Shown here in pieces: positions 11,801 through 23,130 of a stretch of 64,000 bases of DNA. Numbering within the stretch: the stretch's first letter is position 1; the number at the start of each line of letters is the position of its first letter. Source of the stretch: Leucoraja ocellata (taxonomy: Eukaryota); contig JAWMAR010000134.1 of the NCBI GenBank assembly GCA_036785375.1, positions 5,270,001-5,334,000 of the forward strand, in the 5' to 3' direction. The position numbers were made by a program, and so were the translations under genes. The notes under the pieces were generated by a model. That model did no database searches and was not told the DNA's origin. It was given only the letters and a program-made list of their open reading frames with translations.

Positions 11801-14800
11801 CTGGAGAGAAGGAATAGGTGACGCGACCCTTCAGAGTAAGTTAGAGTAGAGGGAAATGAGATATGGAAGGGTACAAAGAACATGCAAGGCGTGAAAAGGA
11901 CAGATCAAAGCAGATGACAATCAAGGAAATGTACAATGGTTCATTGAGGGGAAGGTGACAACGACATTTCTTTGATCATCGTCTACTTTGATCCGTCCTT
12001 TTCACACCTTGCATGTTCTTGTACCCTTCCATATCTCGATTCCATCTCTCCAGACTTTCAGTCTGCAGAAGGGTCTTGACTGGAAACATCACCCATTCTC
12101 TCCATCACCTCTCCAGAGATGCTGCCTGTCCCGCTGAGTTACTCCAACATTTCGGGTCTATCTTCGGTGTAAACCAGCATCTGCAGTTCCTTCCTACAAA
12201 TTGTTTATAGCATTCAATTAAAATATTATACCAACATTAACCAAGTAAATATCCCATTGGATTCAAGATTATAAAACGAGTTTAGAAAAAAACTTCCATT
12301 ACAGGTAAACAGTATCAATGTGAAGTATTGACCAAAATTAAAGCACCTTAAACTTGACACAACCAAAAAAGGCATTACGGACACCGTCTTCACCCACAGC
12401 CATTTTGTAATTGTTCAAACATGAGCACCAAGTAAATTTTGAATTACCTCAATATATGTTAATCCCACTTTTTAACCAATCAACTTAGGTGGTGAGGAGA
12501 CAGAATTTTACAGCAACAAAATAAAGAGACTGCCATTCTTGCAAAATAAGTTTCTAAAATTCAAGTACTCACCCGGCAAATGAATTACTTGCAGTGATTG
12601 ATGCAGAATGCAGAAATGTTGCATGTAAGCAATCCTCAAAAGGTGAAATAGTTGTTTGCACCCACTAGCTACCCCAATCATGTACTCGAGTGACCATACA
12701 AATGCAAAATGAAAATAGCATGCTTCTTTAAAACAAAAACAAAAATTCTAACCCAAATGCTAAACTAATTTAACCAAAATAACCAATGTCCACAAATTAC
12801 ACAAAATTTACAGCACAGAAATATGCTACTGGGCAAGTAATATGTGCCAATGTTTATTTTCCAAAAGTCCCTTCCAATCCTATTAACTGATCAAAAAAAC
12901 ATGGCTGCTCGATTTAGAAACTCCAGCATGCTAAATATTTACTGCAAATACTTCCTTAACCTGCACACCCACCTTAAACAAACTTTGCACATTTAGACGT
13001 TCCTGCTTCCGGGAGTCTCTTAAAAGTGCTTGCTACTTCACATTACCTTTTGTCACCCTTCCTACCAAGTCAAGTCAAGTCAAGTCAAGTTTATTTGTCA
13101 CATACACATACGAGATGTGCAGTGAAATGAAAGTGGCAATGCTCGCGGAACAACAAAACAACCAAACAAATTATAAACACAATCATAACACACATATTAT
13201 TTTACATAATAAATAATAGAAGGAAAAACGTTCTGTACAGTTAGTCCCTGGTGAGAAAGGCGTTTACAGTCCGAATTGCCTCTGGGAAGAAACTCCTTCT
13301 CAACCTCTCCGTTCTCACTGCATGGCAACGGAGGCGTTTGCCTGACCGTAGCGGCTGGAACAGTCCGTTGCAGGGGTGGAAGAGGTCTCTCATGATTTTG
13401 TTTGCTCTGGAGTTGCACCTCCTGTTGTATAGTTCTTGCAGGGGGGCGAGTGAAGTTCCCATAGTGCGTTCGGCCGAACGCACTACTCTCTGCAGAGCCT
13501 TCTTGTCCTTGGCAGAGCAATTCCCGAACCAGATGGTAATGTTCCCGGACAAGATGCTTTCCACCGCCGCTGCGTAGAAGCACTGGAGGATCCTCGGAGA
13601 CACTCTGAATTTCCTCAATTGCCTGAGGTGGTAAAGGCGCTGCCTTGCCTTACTCACCAGTGCTGAGGCGTGTGATGACCATGTCATATCCTCAGAGATG
13701 TGGACTCCCAGATATTTAAAACAGTTCACCCTATCCACAGGATCCCCATTTATACTCAATGGAGTGTACGTCCTCGGATGATGTGCCCTCCTAAAGTCCA
13801 TGATCAGCTCCTTCGTTTTTTTGATGTTCAAGAGGAGGCTGTTCTCCTGGCACCAGAGTGCTAGATCAGCCACCTCCTCCCGGTAGGCCCTCTCATCATT
13901 GTCTGAGATCAGGCCCACCACCAGTGTCATCAGCAAACTTAATTATTGAATTGGAGCTGAACCTAGCCAAGGTATGACACTTTGAATTTTCACCGTTAAA
14001 ATATAAGCCGTCATCTATCCACCCATTCTCCTTAAAAGTCTATTAATGTCCTCTTCACTCTTAAGTTTAGTGCCCTGCCCCTCAAGTTATACATACAGAT
14101 TTCTACAATCAACAAAAATTAATCTTAAAGTTAATTTAGCCATCTGAGAAGAACTGACAGCCCTAAAAGTGACAGGCGAGGCCGTGACTTTCTCACTCTA
14201 CCACAACATTAAAAAAAATTCTCCCTCTCTATATGTATAGATAAGATGTGTATATATATATATCTCTATAAAACTCTGATCTGGGGGGGGGGGGGGGGGG
14301 TGTGCGTGCATGTGTCATCACATCTACTTGAAAATTCGACGCACGAACGAGAAATGTTTTACATATTCCTGTAGTTTTATCCCGCGGAGTCCAAAGGTTT
14401 TATCTGAAAAAGTCATGCTTTATTTCTCGAGTTATTTTTGAAAATGTTCACAAATCCCCCCCCCCCCCCCCCCCCCATGTTGGTCTAGTAACTATTAAAA
14501 CTCTGATCTTGGATGTGTGCGTGTAAATAATCATACTGCTCGAAAAAAAAAGACGCTCTAACGGTATCATTTTTACATATTCCGATAGAGATTTATGCCG
14601 TGGAGTCAGAAATCGCTTATATGAAAAATTAATGCATTATTTCTCGTTATTTATGAAAATGTTCACAAATGTGCAGAAACTTGGAAAAAAACTGCTTTTC
14701 CCCTGTGCTTACAGCTGTGACGTCGCAATGGAATTGTAGCCCTGCTCGCAACATTGTTGCTATCCAAGTACACCGAGTTCTGCTAGCTAGCAAGTGCAAA

Positions 14801-17800
14801 TGCAGTGAGCGTGAAAAAAACAACGCACTAACACTGACATTTTTACATATTCCAATAGAGATTTATCCCGTGTAGTCCAAAATTGCCTTATCTGAAAAGT
14901 TTATGCATTATTTCTCTAGTAATCAATCAAAATGTTCAAAAATCTGAAATAACTTAGAAAATAAAACTGGCTGGCTTTAGCTGATAATACGATGACGTCA
15001 CAATGGGTCTGCACGCTGTGTTCCACGCACTGCGAGTGACATCACACGGCCGTCCACTGCCCTCTCTCCCCCCCCCCTCTCCAGACTCACCTGCGAGTTG
15101 GGGGCTACGCGCTAGTGGACAGGGCGGGGAAGGGGTAAATGAATATAAATATAATATCAAGGGGGGTAGTTTGTGTGTGTGTGTGTGTGTGTGTGGGGAG
15201 GGGGGGTGTAGTTAGTATGTGTGCGACACTGCAGGCCCCCCCCCCCCCCTCTGCAACTGCGTGTTGAGGGGACGGGGCCCAACGGGTCCCACTTGGTCTA
15301 GTATACTATTAAAAGTCTCGACTTGTTTGTGTCTGTGATCTCAGGAGCTACGCCAAAACGGTACATAATAGCGCAACATTTTTGCAGAATCTTATTCAGC
15401 CTTTTCCCGTGGTCATTCGTATCAAATTTCTTCACATTTGATGTTATATTTCAAGGTTTAAAATGCCAACTTTAACAAATTTTACTGTTAAAATCCTTCC
15501 TGCCATCTTCCAACAAACTTCGATACAAAGCTGCAATACAGGAACACTCTGCTTCCACCAACTTTTCACCTGAATGGGGCAGTCCTCCACCCGACATCTG
15601 TAACAATGTTGCCATCATACAACACTTACTCCAGCTCCTGGCAGGACAGGAGGGGGAGGGTGAATTCGTATTGCAATTGGGGAAGTGCAGTTAGAATTGT
15701 TTTTAAAGTCCAGTGTTGGGGAGGCAGGGGAGTGCTGGAATCTTACGTTCTGCAATGGGTTGAGTTGGGGGTTCACGCCTCGTGTGACAGGGACCCAACG
15801 GGTCCCACTTGGTCTAGTATATTACTGAAACTCTCGTCTTGTTTCTAGCGATGTTTGTTGTCCCATGTGATCCTGGAACTACGCCAAAACGGTACACAGT
15901 AGCGCAATATTTTTTGCACCACCTTACTCAACTTTGTCCCGTGGTCGTTCCTGTCAAGCTTCCTTCAGATTTGATGTTATATTTCAGAAGTTATTCATGA
16001 TTAAGTTTAAAAAGTCAAGTTTAAAAAGATTTTTACTGCTAAATCGTTGCTGGCCCAGCTTGCAACAATCTTCCATACAAAGTTGCAATCCAGGACCACT
16101 CTGTGCTTCCAAGTTTTCACCTGAACAGGAACGATCTCACAGTCCCCCACCCGACATTTGCAACAATGTTACTTACTCCAGCTCCTGGCAGCAAGTGCTT
16201 GAACGGGAAGGGGAGGGTTAATTGGTATTGCAATTGGAAGTGCTGCGGCAGGCAGGGAAAGTGCAATCGGATTATTTTTTTAAAGTCCAGTGCTGGGGGC
16301 AGTAGGGGAGTGGTGGAATCTTATGTTGGGAAATGGGTTGAGTTAGTCTAGTTACCTCTAAAAACAATTTACAATCTCATGTCTGGAAAGGATATTCAAC
16401 ACATGATCCAAAATTTAGTACAGTAATCCCTAGTTATAACAGACCATGGGTGGGGAGAAATGTTGCCAATTATCCACTATAGCCGAATAAGGAATTTGTT
16501 GCATAGGTAGTAGAAACAAAATTGATGATGCCGGTTAATACACAAAAGAACACAAAGTGCTGGAGTAACTCAGTAGGTCAGGCAGCATCCCTGGACAACA
16601 TGGATAGGTGATGTTTCAGGCCGAGACCCTACTTCAGACTCTCGGTTTGAAACTGGGCCTGGAATCCAGGTGAGTTGATGGCCCCGGCCTGGAAGCAGCT
16701 GGGGAAGGCGTTGGCAACCCGGCTTGGCTAGTTTATCCATCCATTATAACCATAAGCCATTATAAAGAGGTCCATACGAACAAGGGTTTACTGTATAGGC
16801 AAGGTATGGGTCAGCCTTGATCTAAAGGGATGGTGGAACAGGATCAACAACCTACTTGTACTATGCCCCGAGTCAAGTTGCCAACTGAATCAAAGAACTT
16901 TCCTAAATTAAAATAGCTGCTAGATTTAGATAAACAAGGGATCAAAGTTAAAAGGAGAAAAACCCACAGGTAAAGTTGCAGATCTGAAATGCAGTAAAGG
17001 TTGCAAGAATGAATATAATTTCGGATTGATGAACTTTTGCATCAAACTACCCACAAGGGTAAAGTAGTGAAGCTGAAATCTCCAATATGCCAAGAGCAAA
17101 GACATTCTTAGAAAATCATTTGCTTAGCATGGTAGGTCAGCACCAGAATTCCACCATCCGTTTCATGGTCATCAATTCTTGTCCCGCAATAATTTGCATG
17201 CTGCCATTGTCCTGCCTGCTGCTCCTTACCCATGTAGTAGCCGTATGTTACATTTCTGTACTCCTCCCAGGAGACAAGCCCATCCTGGTTACTGTCGAAA
17301 TCTGGCCATTGGCGCCCAACATTCTCGAAGATGTACCTCTTCTGAGCCCGCTTTATCCAAGCCTTCAGCTCTGCCTCCGTCACAAATCCGTCCTTATCAT
17401 CATCTATTTTATCTACTATCATTCTATAAACAGAGAGACAAAAAATGTGTAGATGGCAGGGTCAGACTCTGGACCTTGAAGGGTTTTCAAAATTAACCTA
17501 CCCAACAGGAACCCATAGGTCGCATTTTTGTACTCTTCCCATGTCACGAGATCATCGGCGTCTAGATCATGACCCTTGAACTGACGGTCGACATCCTCGT
17601 AAATCCAACGCTTTTGAGAAAGTTTAATCCATTTCTCAAGTTCCTCCTCTGTAACAAACCCATCCTTGTCTCCATCGATTTTATCTACAATTTGTCTGTT
17701 GGGAGAGTCAGAAAACCCGGGAAAGATTAGGACAGAAGCTTGGAGCAGCTGATCGAGAGGCACTTTTACATAGCATCTAAGGGAATCCCAGAATCATACA

Positions 17801-19851
17801 TGTTTTGTATGACAATTTGCTCCATTTGCCCTGTTCTTAGTGACATCAAATGGGCAAATAGCAACAGAAAGCCCAGTTACGAATTTAAAGGCCACGTGGT
17901 ATCAGACATCTTGTGGACCAACAGTTTTACATTTAGAGCGCTACCAACATCAGATTTTATTTTTGCATTTCTGCTCTTTTGAGCATCAGTACAAATGTAA
18001 AAGTGCCTTTTAATGAAAGCAATTAGTTCATTAGGTAAGTGGATGTCAAGGAAACAAATGGAATCCCAGTGAAAACTATATTTTCTAATGCATAGGTTAT
18101 TACCATTCCAATGCATTAAGTTTTCAAATCAACCCTAAACATGCTTTCTTCCTACCAACAACCCCCCATTCCATATCCCTAATTTAAGTTCCTATATAGT
18201 CATAAGAACTCACTAAAAGGAGTGTTAACAATTTTATTCAAATTTGAACTCTGCAGATAAAGTAAATAGAAGTTATAGATTTTATCCTCAATTTAGCAGA
18301 GCTTACCATGGAAAGTCATGAACAATAGAAGGTGGAAGGGGGAGAGGGAAAGGCAGAAGAAATCAACAGATCATTGGTTAAGTGTGCATCGCTGCACATT
18401 GTTTAGTGGATAATTTAAGCTAGCTTTCATAGCCGAGGGGAAGAGCATGGTTGGAATACAAGTTTAGTTAATGCAGTAAGATTAGCAAGGTTAACAAACT
18501 GAGAATGCAATAGAAGAAAGTACATTTTGAGTGTGTCCAGTAGACAATTGAGATAAAGACCGATGGGGGAAAAAGTGAACTAAATCTTTAAGACAATAAA
18601 TCATCTTTAAAAAAAATGCAGATACTACACAGAATTAAATAATTTTAGAAAATAATTACATTCCTTTCTCTTACCAAGGCATCACAAATAAAGTACATAT
18701 GTTAATTCTTAACCTTCAGATTACAGCTTCTTGTTGAGAGAAGGCATGCATCATCCTGCATTAGAAAGTGGTTTGTGTTGATTAACCCACCTCCCTCCAG
18801 ATTGATCCAGAAACATGAAATGTATTCAACCTAGGAATGTAACTGTTTTATATAGTTCCTTCCACCCACTTTTTGTCAAAGGACCTATAATAAAGTTTCA
18901 TATTAAAATTGCCAAATCCTCCATTATAGTTCAGCACATTTTTCTTGATTACCAAATTTGCTGTGGAAAATACATATCAGGACAAGAAAACCCAGTTCTA
19001 ACAGAAGTGGTGACCAGCCCAGAGAGGCATAGCACATTCTACCATTATCCAAATGTGACTTGGGGAGACCAAAACAATTCAGAGAATGGCAGCTTCAACA
19101 GTGTGTGTAAAAAACCCCACAAGAAATTAAAAGAACCAGCTGTTAAAAAAACGGAAGTAATTCGGTGGTCAAAATGAGTACTACAACAGTCAAGGTTCAA
19201 CCCCACCCCCTACTTTTAAAAATGTAAACGTTCAGATAATATGTAACCATCTTGAAGACCCAGACCCAAACCCCTCTGGTGTACTATGTTTAATTTTAAT
19301 GGGGTTAATAATTTTGCCAGTAAGGGTTTAGTACCTGATGACAGTATTTATGGATTTACTGTACCATCAATGTTGTAGCATACATCTTCCATTAAGAGGG
19401 GAAAAAAGTCTTACATTGATTGGTGGTAAAGAATTGAACTTGTAACTTAGATTCCCGATATTCACTCATGCAGATCCTAATTCGAATCAGCATTTATGGG
19501 TTGTAATCTTGTACTCTTTCAAGTCATGTAACAAGTTAGCTATGCAGTCATACTGAACGCATATTCGAACATTAAAAAAAAACACAATTTCGGAGCGTTT
19601 CTTTCATTTATACAGATTCTTACGCACCCAAGTCTCTCCTTGCTCTCCTCAGGAGTGAGCTGATCAAATGTCTTTGCCTGTTCAGCTCCAAGGAAAGCAT
19701 CATGGTCATAATCAAAGCTCTCTGCGTCATCATGCACCTTATCACTCAGCTCTTTGTCATGGATGGCTCGATCCTTCTTCTCGGTGGGCTTACTTAGAGC
19801 ATAAATGCCACACATAGTTAGGTACAAAACTAGCTTTGTCAAACCCATCAT
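5703..19851 (-). CDS. CALU: Calumenin (CREC-family EF-hand ER protein), spliced CDS: join(19851-19628, 17695-17502 OR 17423-17230, 9506-9340, 8916-8856, 8240-8041, 5807-5703) = 951 nt, 316 aa
   Basis: Signal peptide followed by [12 protein letters not shown]...[10 protein letters not shown]...[14 protein letters not shown]; EF-hand loops ([36 protein letters not shown]); C-terminal HDEF. All junctions GT-AG and phase-consistent. Confidence 0.97.
6025..6307 (+). mobile_element. tRNA-derived SINE (HE1/V-SINE type)
   Basis: GGCGCAG head, TTCTCCCTGTGACC body, (CTAAA)n tail. Confidence 0.85.
7172..7476 (+). mobile_element. tRNA-derived SINE (HE1/V-SINE type)
   Basis: TGGCGCAGCGG A box, GGTTCGATCCC B box, CTAAA tail. 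Confidence 0.88.
8041..8240 (-). CDS. CALU: CALU exon (200 nt)
   Basis: [35 protein letters not shown]...[13 protein letters not shown]; donor |GTGAGC. Confidence 0.95.
8856..8916 (-). CDS. CALU: CALU exon (61 nt), not in the ORF track
   Basis: [20 protein letters not shown]; acceptor CAG, donor G|GTAAGT. Confidence 0.95.
9340..9506 (-). CDS. CALU: CALU exon (167 nt)
   Basis: [26 protein letters not shown]...[19 protein letters not shown]; acceptor CAG, donor |GTCAGT. Confidence 0.95.
11140..11680 (+). mobile_element. CR1/HER1 LINE 3' fragment
   Basis: [26 protein letters not shown]...LGLYSLE motif run. Confidence 0.85.
11758..12198. mobile_element. Penelope-like inverted (palindromic) pLTR insertion, long form
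   Basis: Both halves are reverse complements (TGCTGGAGTAACT...GGCAGCATCTCTGGAGAG versus CTCTCCAGAGATGCTGCC...GAGTTACTCCA). Confidence 0.7.
13067..13971 (-). mobile_element. 5'-truncated Rex1/Babar-type (CR1/L2 group) LINE: RT C-terminus and DUF1891-like region, (CTTGA)n tail
   Basis: KFADDT then a frameshift into [17 protein letters not shown]...[11 protein letters not shown]...FKYLGVHIS...[15 protein letters not shown]...[12 protein letters not shown]; GACAAATAAA followed by tandem CTTGA repeats. Confidence 0.88.
14273..16351 (+). mobile_element. Stack of four non-autonomous Helitron-like units (CTAG ends at 14488, 15301, 15817, 16351)
   Basis: 3' hairpin GGG(A/G)CCC-AAC-GGGTCCC seven nt before CTAG|T in units 2 and 3; recurring 5' (TA)CTATTAAAA-type starts; units 1/2 and 3/4 are mutually homologous. 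Confidence 0.7.
15172..15194 (+). repeat. (TG)n microsatellite within Helitron-like unit 2
   Basis: TGTGTGTGTGTGTGTGTGTGTGT. Confidence 0.9.
16421..16793. mobile_element. Tc1/mariner (Tigger-like) MITE with TA flanks, with a nested Penelope-type fragment (~16541-16640)
   Basis: TA|CAGTAATCCCTAGTT ... AACAAGGGTTTACTG|TA imperfect terminal inverted repeats. Confidence 0.65.
17230..17423 (-). CDS. CALU: CALU mutually exclusive exon B (194 nt, calumenin-2 type)
   Basis: [35 protein letters not shown]...[13 protein letters not shown]; acceptor TAG, donor G|GTAAGG. Confidence 0.93.
17502..17695 (-). CDS. CALU: CALU mutually exclusive exon A (194 nt, calumenin-1 type)
   Basis: [43 protein letters not shown]...[13 protein letters not shown]; acceptor CAG, donor G|GTAGGT. 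Confidence 0.93.
19628..19851 (-). CDS. CALU: CALU first coding exon (224 nt coding; acceptor CAG at 19867-19865)
   Basis: [27 protein letters not shown]...ESKERLG; donor GG|GTGCGT. Confidence 0.95.
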
Positions 19852-22167
19852 GTTTTCCTTTTTTCTGCAAGGACAAAGGGAAAAAAAAACAGGTTTTAGG
19901 AGGATAAAATATTAACTGTGTGCACAACTGGTTACAAGTTTAAAATTGTATAGATCACTGAGTTTCAATTATAATTCCAATGCCTACTATCTAAATATTC
20001 TTCCATGCTTGGTCATTTGCCAGCAATGCGGTCAGACATGCTGTAATTCGCTTGCTGGTCTTCTAGCTAGCTCTGAGCAGTCTGGAGCTTCCATAAACAC
20101 CATCAACTCTCTATTCCCTTGTAGGAACCTACACTGCCTGGAAATCAGTTGCAATGCCTCCTATTGTAACACTCACTGTTCTATTTTCATTCATGAAGAC
20201 GGTGACAATGAATCTTGCAGACAACGCTAGTTTCCAAAAGAGTCAGAGTTACTCAGCACAGTAACAGCCGCTTCAGCTGAACTCAGCCATATCGTTCAAG
20301 GTGGCTCCCTGAACTAGCCCCATTTACCCATGTTTGGCCCACATCCCTCAAAACCTTTCCTATCCATGTACCCAAATGTCTTAAATGTTGTAAATGTAAC
20401 CGAAACCACTTCTTCTGGTAGCGCATTCCACGCACCCTGCAGTCTATGTGAGAAAATTGCCTCTCAGGTCCCCTTAAAGTTTCTTCCTCTTAACCAGCGT
20501 ATCATTTAGGACCTCATCAAAAGCCTTGTTAAAGTCAACAGAGACAACGTCTACCCCCCCCCCCCCCCCCCCCATCCTCAACCTTACCAATCCTCCTGGT
20601 CGCTTCTTCAAAATATTAAATTCTAGACACCGTTTTCATTCACATAGCCACACTGAATATCACTTATCCAAATGCAGATAGACACTGTCTGAGTGATAGG
20701 AATAAACAACAATCGGTAAGAGAAAGGAAATTTTGTATCAAATGCAGCACCTCTACAGGTGCATTGTTTGATGTACTATCTTCCAGAAGAGACGAGGTAG
20801 GGGTCAGTCTACTCTTACAGTTTTTCAAGATCCTGTAATGCTGCAATGAACTTGGGCAAGTTCTTCAATAAATCTGGGGGAAAGTAGAATGAAATTTCTC
20901 CAGGATTCAAAAGAATGTCTTGGGATATACAAGTGGCTCTATCCAATTAAATAATTTCATGCCAATCTTGAGGGGTAAATTCTACATTTCCCCATTATGT
21001 TGGTTTAAAAATAAAGCTTACCAAGTGATCTTAAAGTAATATTTAGTTTATAGTTACATAAATAAATTAAGTATTAAAGCAATAAGTCCATACAGATTTT
21101 ATACAGTTGCTCTCGTAATTTATTGCACTTCATCTTTACACTTAAAGTATAGACCAATAGGTTTCTCAGCTCGATGAATACAGGAGACAATATTCAAAAT
21201 TGTCAAATGCCATAAAGAAACCTTCATTTGTAAAACCGCCGCAAAAGATGTACGTAACCGTAGGTCAGTTGCATGGGATTCAATAGAATAATATTCATTG
21301 TGACTGCCAAATACAGGCACGTTAATAGCCATGATCTTCAAATCTTTACAGGCAATTTAATCCCAATTACTACAGGTTACAAGAACAATTACTCATTGTA
21401 CATAAGACTCCTTTGTTCATTGGCAAGCTCTGTTTCCTTTTTAAAAAAATGCACTGCCTCATGCAGATCACCATTTCTACCATAAAAGAACCATTTCCTC
21501 CGATTGCAGCATCTAAATTTCCTGGAATACTGCCACATATATACAACTCTTGCACAGGCATTTCATTTTCAGTCTTGTATTTGCATTCCTCATCAGTCTG
21601 ACGATCTCTTAACATATTTGTTTATTCCACTGCTCTCTCCAAATCAATTTACATGTTTGCCATAACACCTTAAAATATATTTAAAAATAACTGTAACTGA
21701 AACATACTACTGACTTTATTGTCTTATGCAAAATTAAAACTGCCAGCAAGTAAGCTGGCCCAAAGACAGTTCCATACATACCTTGGCTCTCCTGAATAAA
21801 CTTTAAATCAAACGGGCATGATTAACATATCTAGGGTCTCTGCGTAACTTTAATCAGGAAAAGAAAGAAAGAATGCAGTCTTGAGCTACCAACTTTTCCC
21901 AAACTTCACTTCATTCTGAAAAGTACTTCAGTATTTGCTTGTTTAGTGAAAAATCAATTAAAAAAAAAATTAACACCCAGCACCATACTGTGATGAACTT
22001 GACATTTTATTTCCTTATGCAGTTATTTGCCTTTTAATAAATTAATTATATTCTTCATTTAAAGACTATCCTACATATTGATCCTCAACTTATAAAAAGT
22101 TATTATTTTCAATCCATTCTCAAACATCTCAATGCTCTCCAAATCCATTTTCAAACTCATAATAAGT

Positions 22168-22450
22168 AAGAAGGAACAGTAGAAGCTGGTTTAAATCGAA
22201 GATACATAAATAGGAGCAAGAGTAGGCCATTCGGCCCTTCGAGCCAGCACCGCCATTCAATGTGATCATGGCTGATCATCCACAATCAGTACCCCGTTCC
22301 TGCCTTCTCCCCATATCCCTTGATTCCGCTAGCCCGAAGAGCTCTATCTGATGGACACATAAAGCTGGAGTAACTCAGCGCGATAAGCAGCATCTCTGGA
22401 GAGAAGGAATGGGTGACGTTTCGGGTCGAGACCCTTCTTCATACTGAAGG
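22168..22450 (-). mobile_element. Penelope-type pLTR copy interrupted by a CR1 3' tail (~22204-22349)
   Basis: AAGAAGGAAC...GAAGAT [CR1 tail] GATGGACACATAAAGCTGGAGTAACTCAGC...GACGTTTCGGGTCGAGACCCTTCTTCA. Confidence 0.7.
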
Positions 22451-22739
22451 AATGCAGGTTCTACAACAATACCTTCATGGAAGATAGATATGAATAGATC
22501 GGGTTGGTATGGGAATATTTCATAATCCAACAGCAAATTACCATGAATTGAAAGATCATAATAACGTAAATTAAATACCGTTTTTTCCCCCAAAAGTCAC
22601 TCATTATGAAATAACATTTAACCTTAAATTTGCTCGGACCTAAACGCTCTACCACTCTCTTCAGCACAAAATAAATGCTAATCACACTAATTCTGAAACA
22701 GACCAATAAGACTAGAACTATTATATTTAAAAAACCATC

Positions 22740-23130
22740 ACTACCCACCTCTATGCACTTCAGGAATCGCCTCTCCTCTCCACTCTCTCCCTCTCAGCAG
22801 GGCTACCGGAAGTTGCCCACTCCTGCATCCAGCCGGAAATAGCAGCCAATCACCGGCCGCCTCCAGAATTCCCGCCTTACCTTCGGCGTCACCTTCGCCG
22901 CTCCTGATTGGTCGGTTATGGCGCGAGATGTGATTGGTCACAAACCGCCACGTCGCGCGCCCCGTTGTTGTCTCGCGCGCTCGCTCATTCTCACCGAAGA
23001 TACTAGAGCCTTCTATGATGTTCGACTCTCACCGCGCGGGCCGCGGCTCCACGCTGGGCGGCGCCATGTCGGCCCGTCCGACACACGCTGCTGAGCTGGC
23101 AGCGGCCGCGCCCCCGCCACGACTATGCCC
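22740..23130 (-). promoter_or_regulatory. CALU: CpG island, CALU promoter and probable non-coding exon 1 (candidate donors AG|GTGGGT at 22749/22748 and AAG|GTAAGG at 22881/22880)
   Basis: Dense CpG; ETS motifs CCGGAA (22806, 22833); three CCAAT boxes (22846-50, 22907-11, 22933-37); GCCACGTC (22947-54); lies ~3 kb upstream of the first coding exon. Confidence 0.75.

Noticed and set aside
14273-16351. Repeat-spacer appearance suggesting CRISPR or satellite DNA
   Set aside because: Eukaryotic intron with unit lengths of 200-800 bp and homologous bodies; hairpin-CTAG ends fit Helitrons better.
17108-17763. Two EF-hand ORFs as a tandem gene duplication or assembly artefact
   Set aside because: Divergent sequences of identical exon length and phase, matching the known alternative CALU exons.
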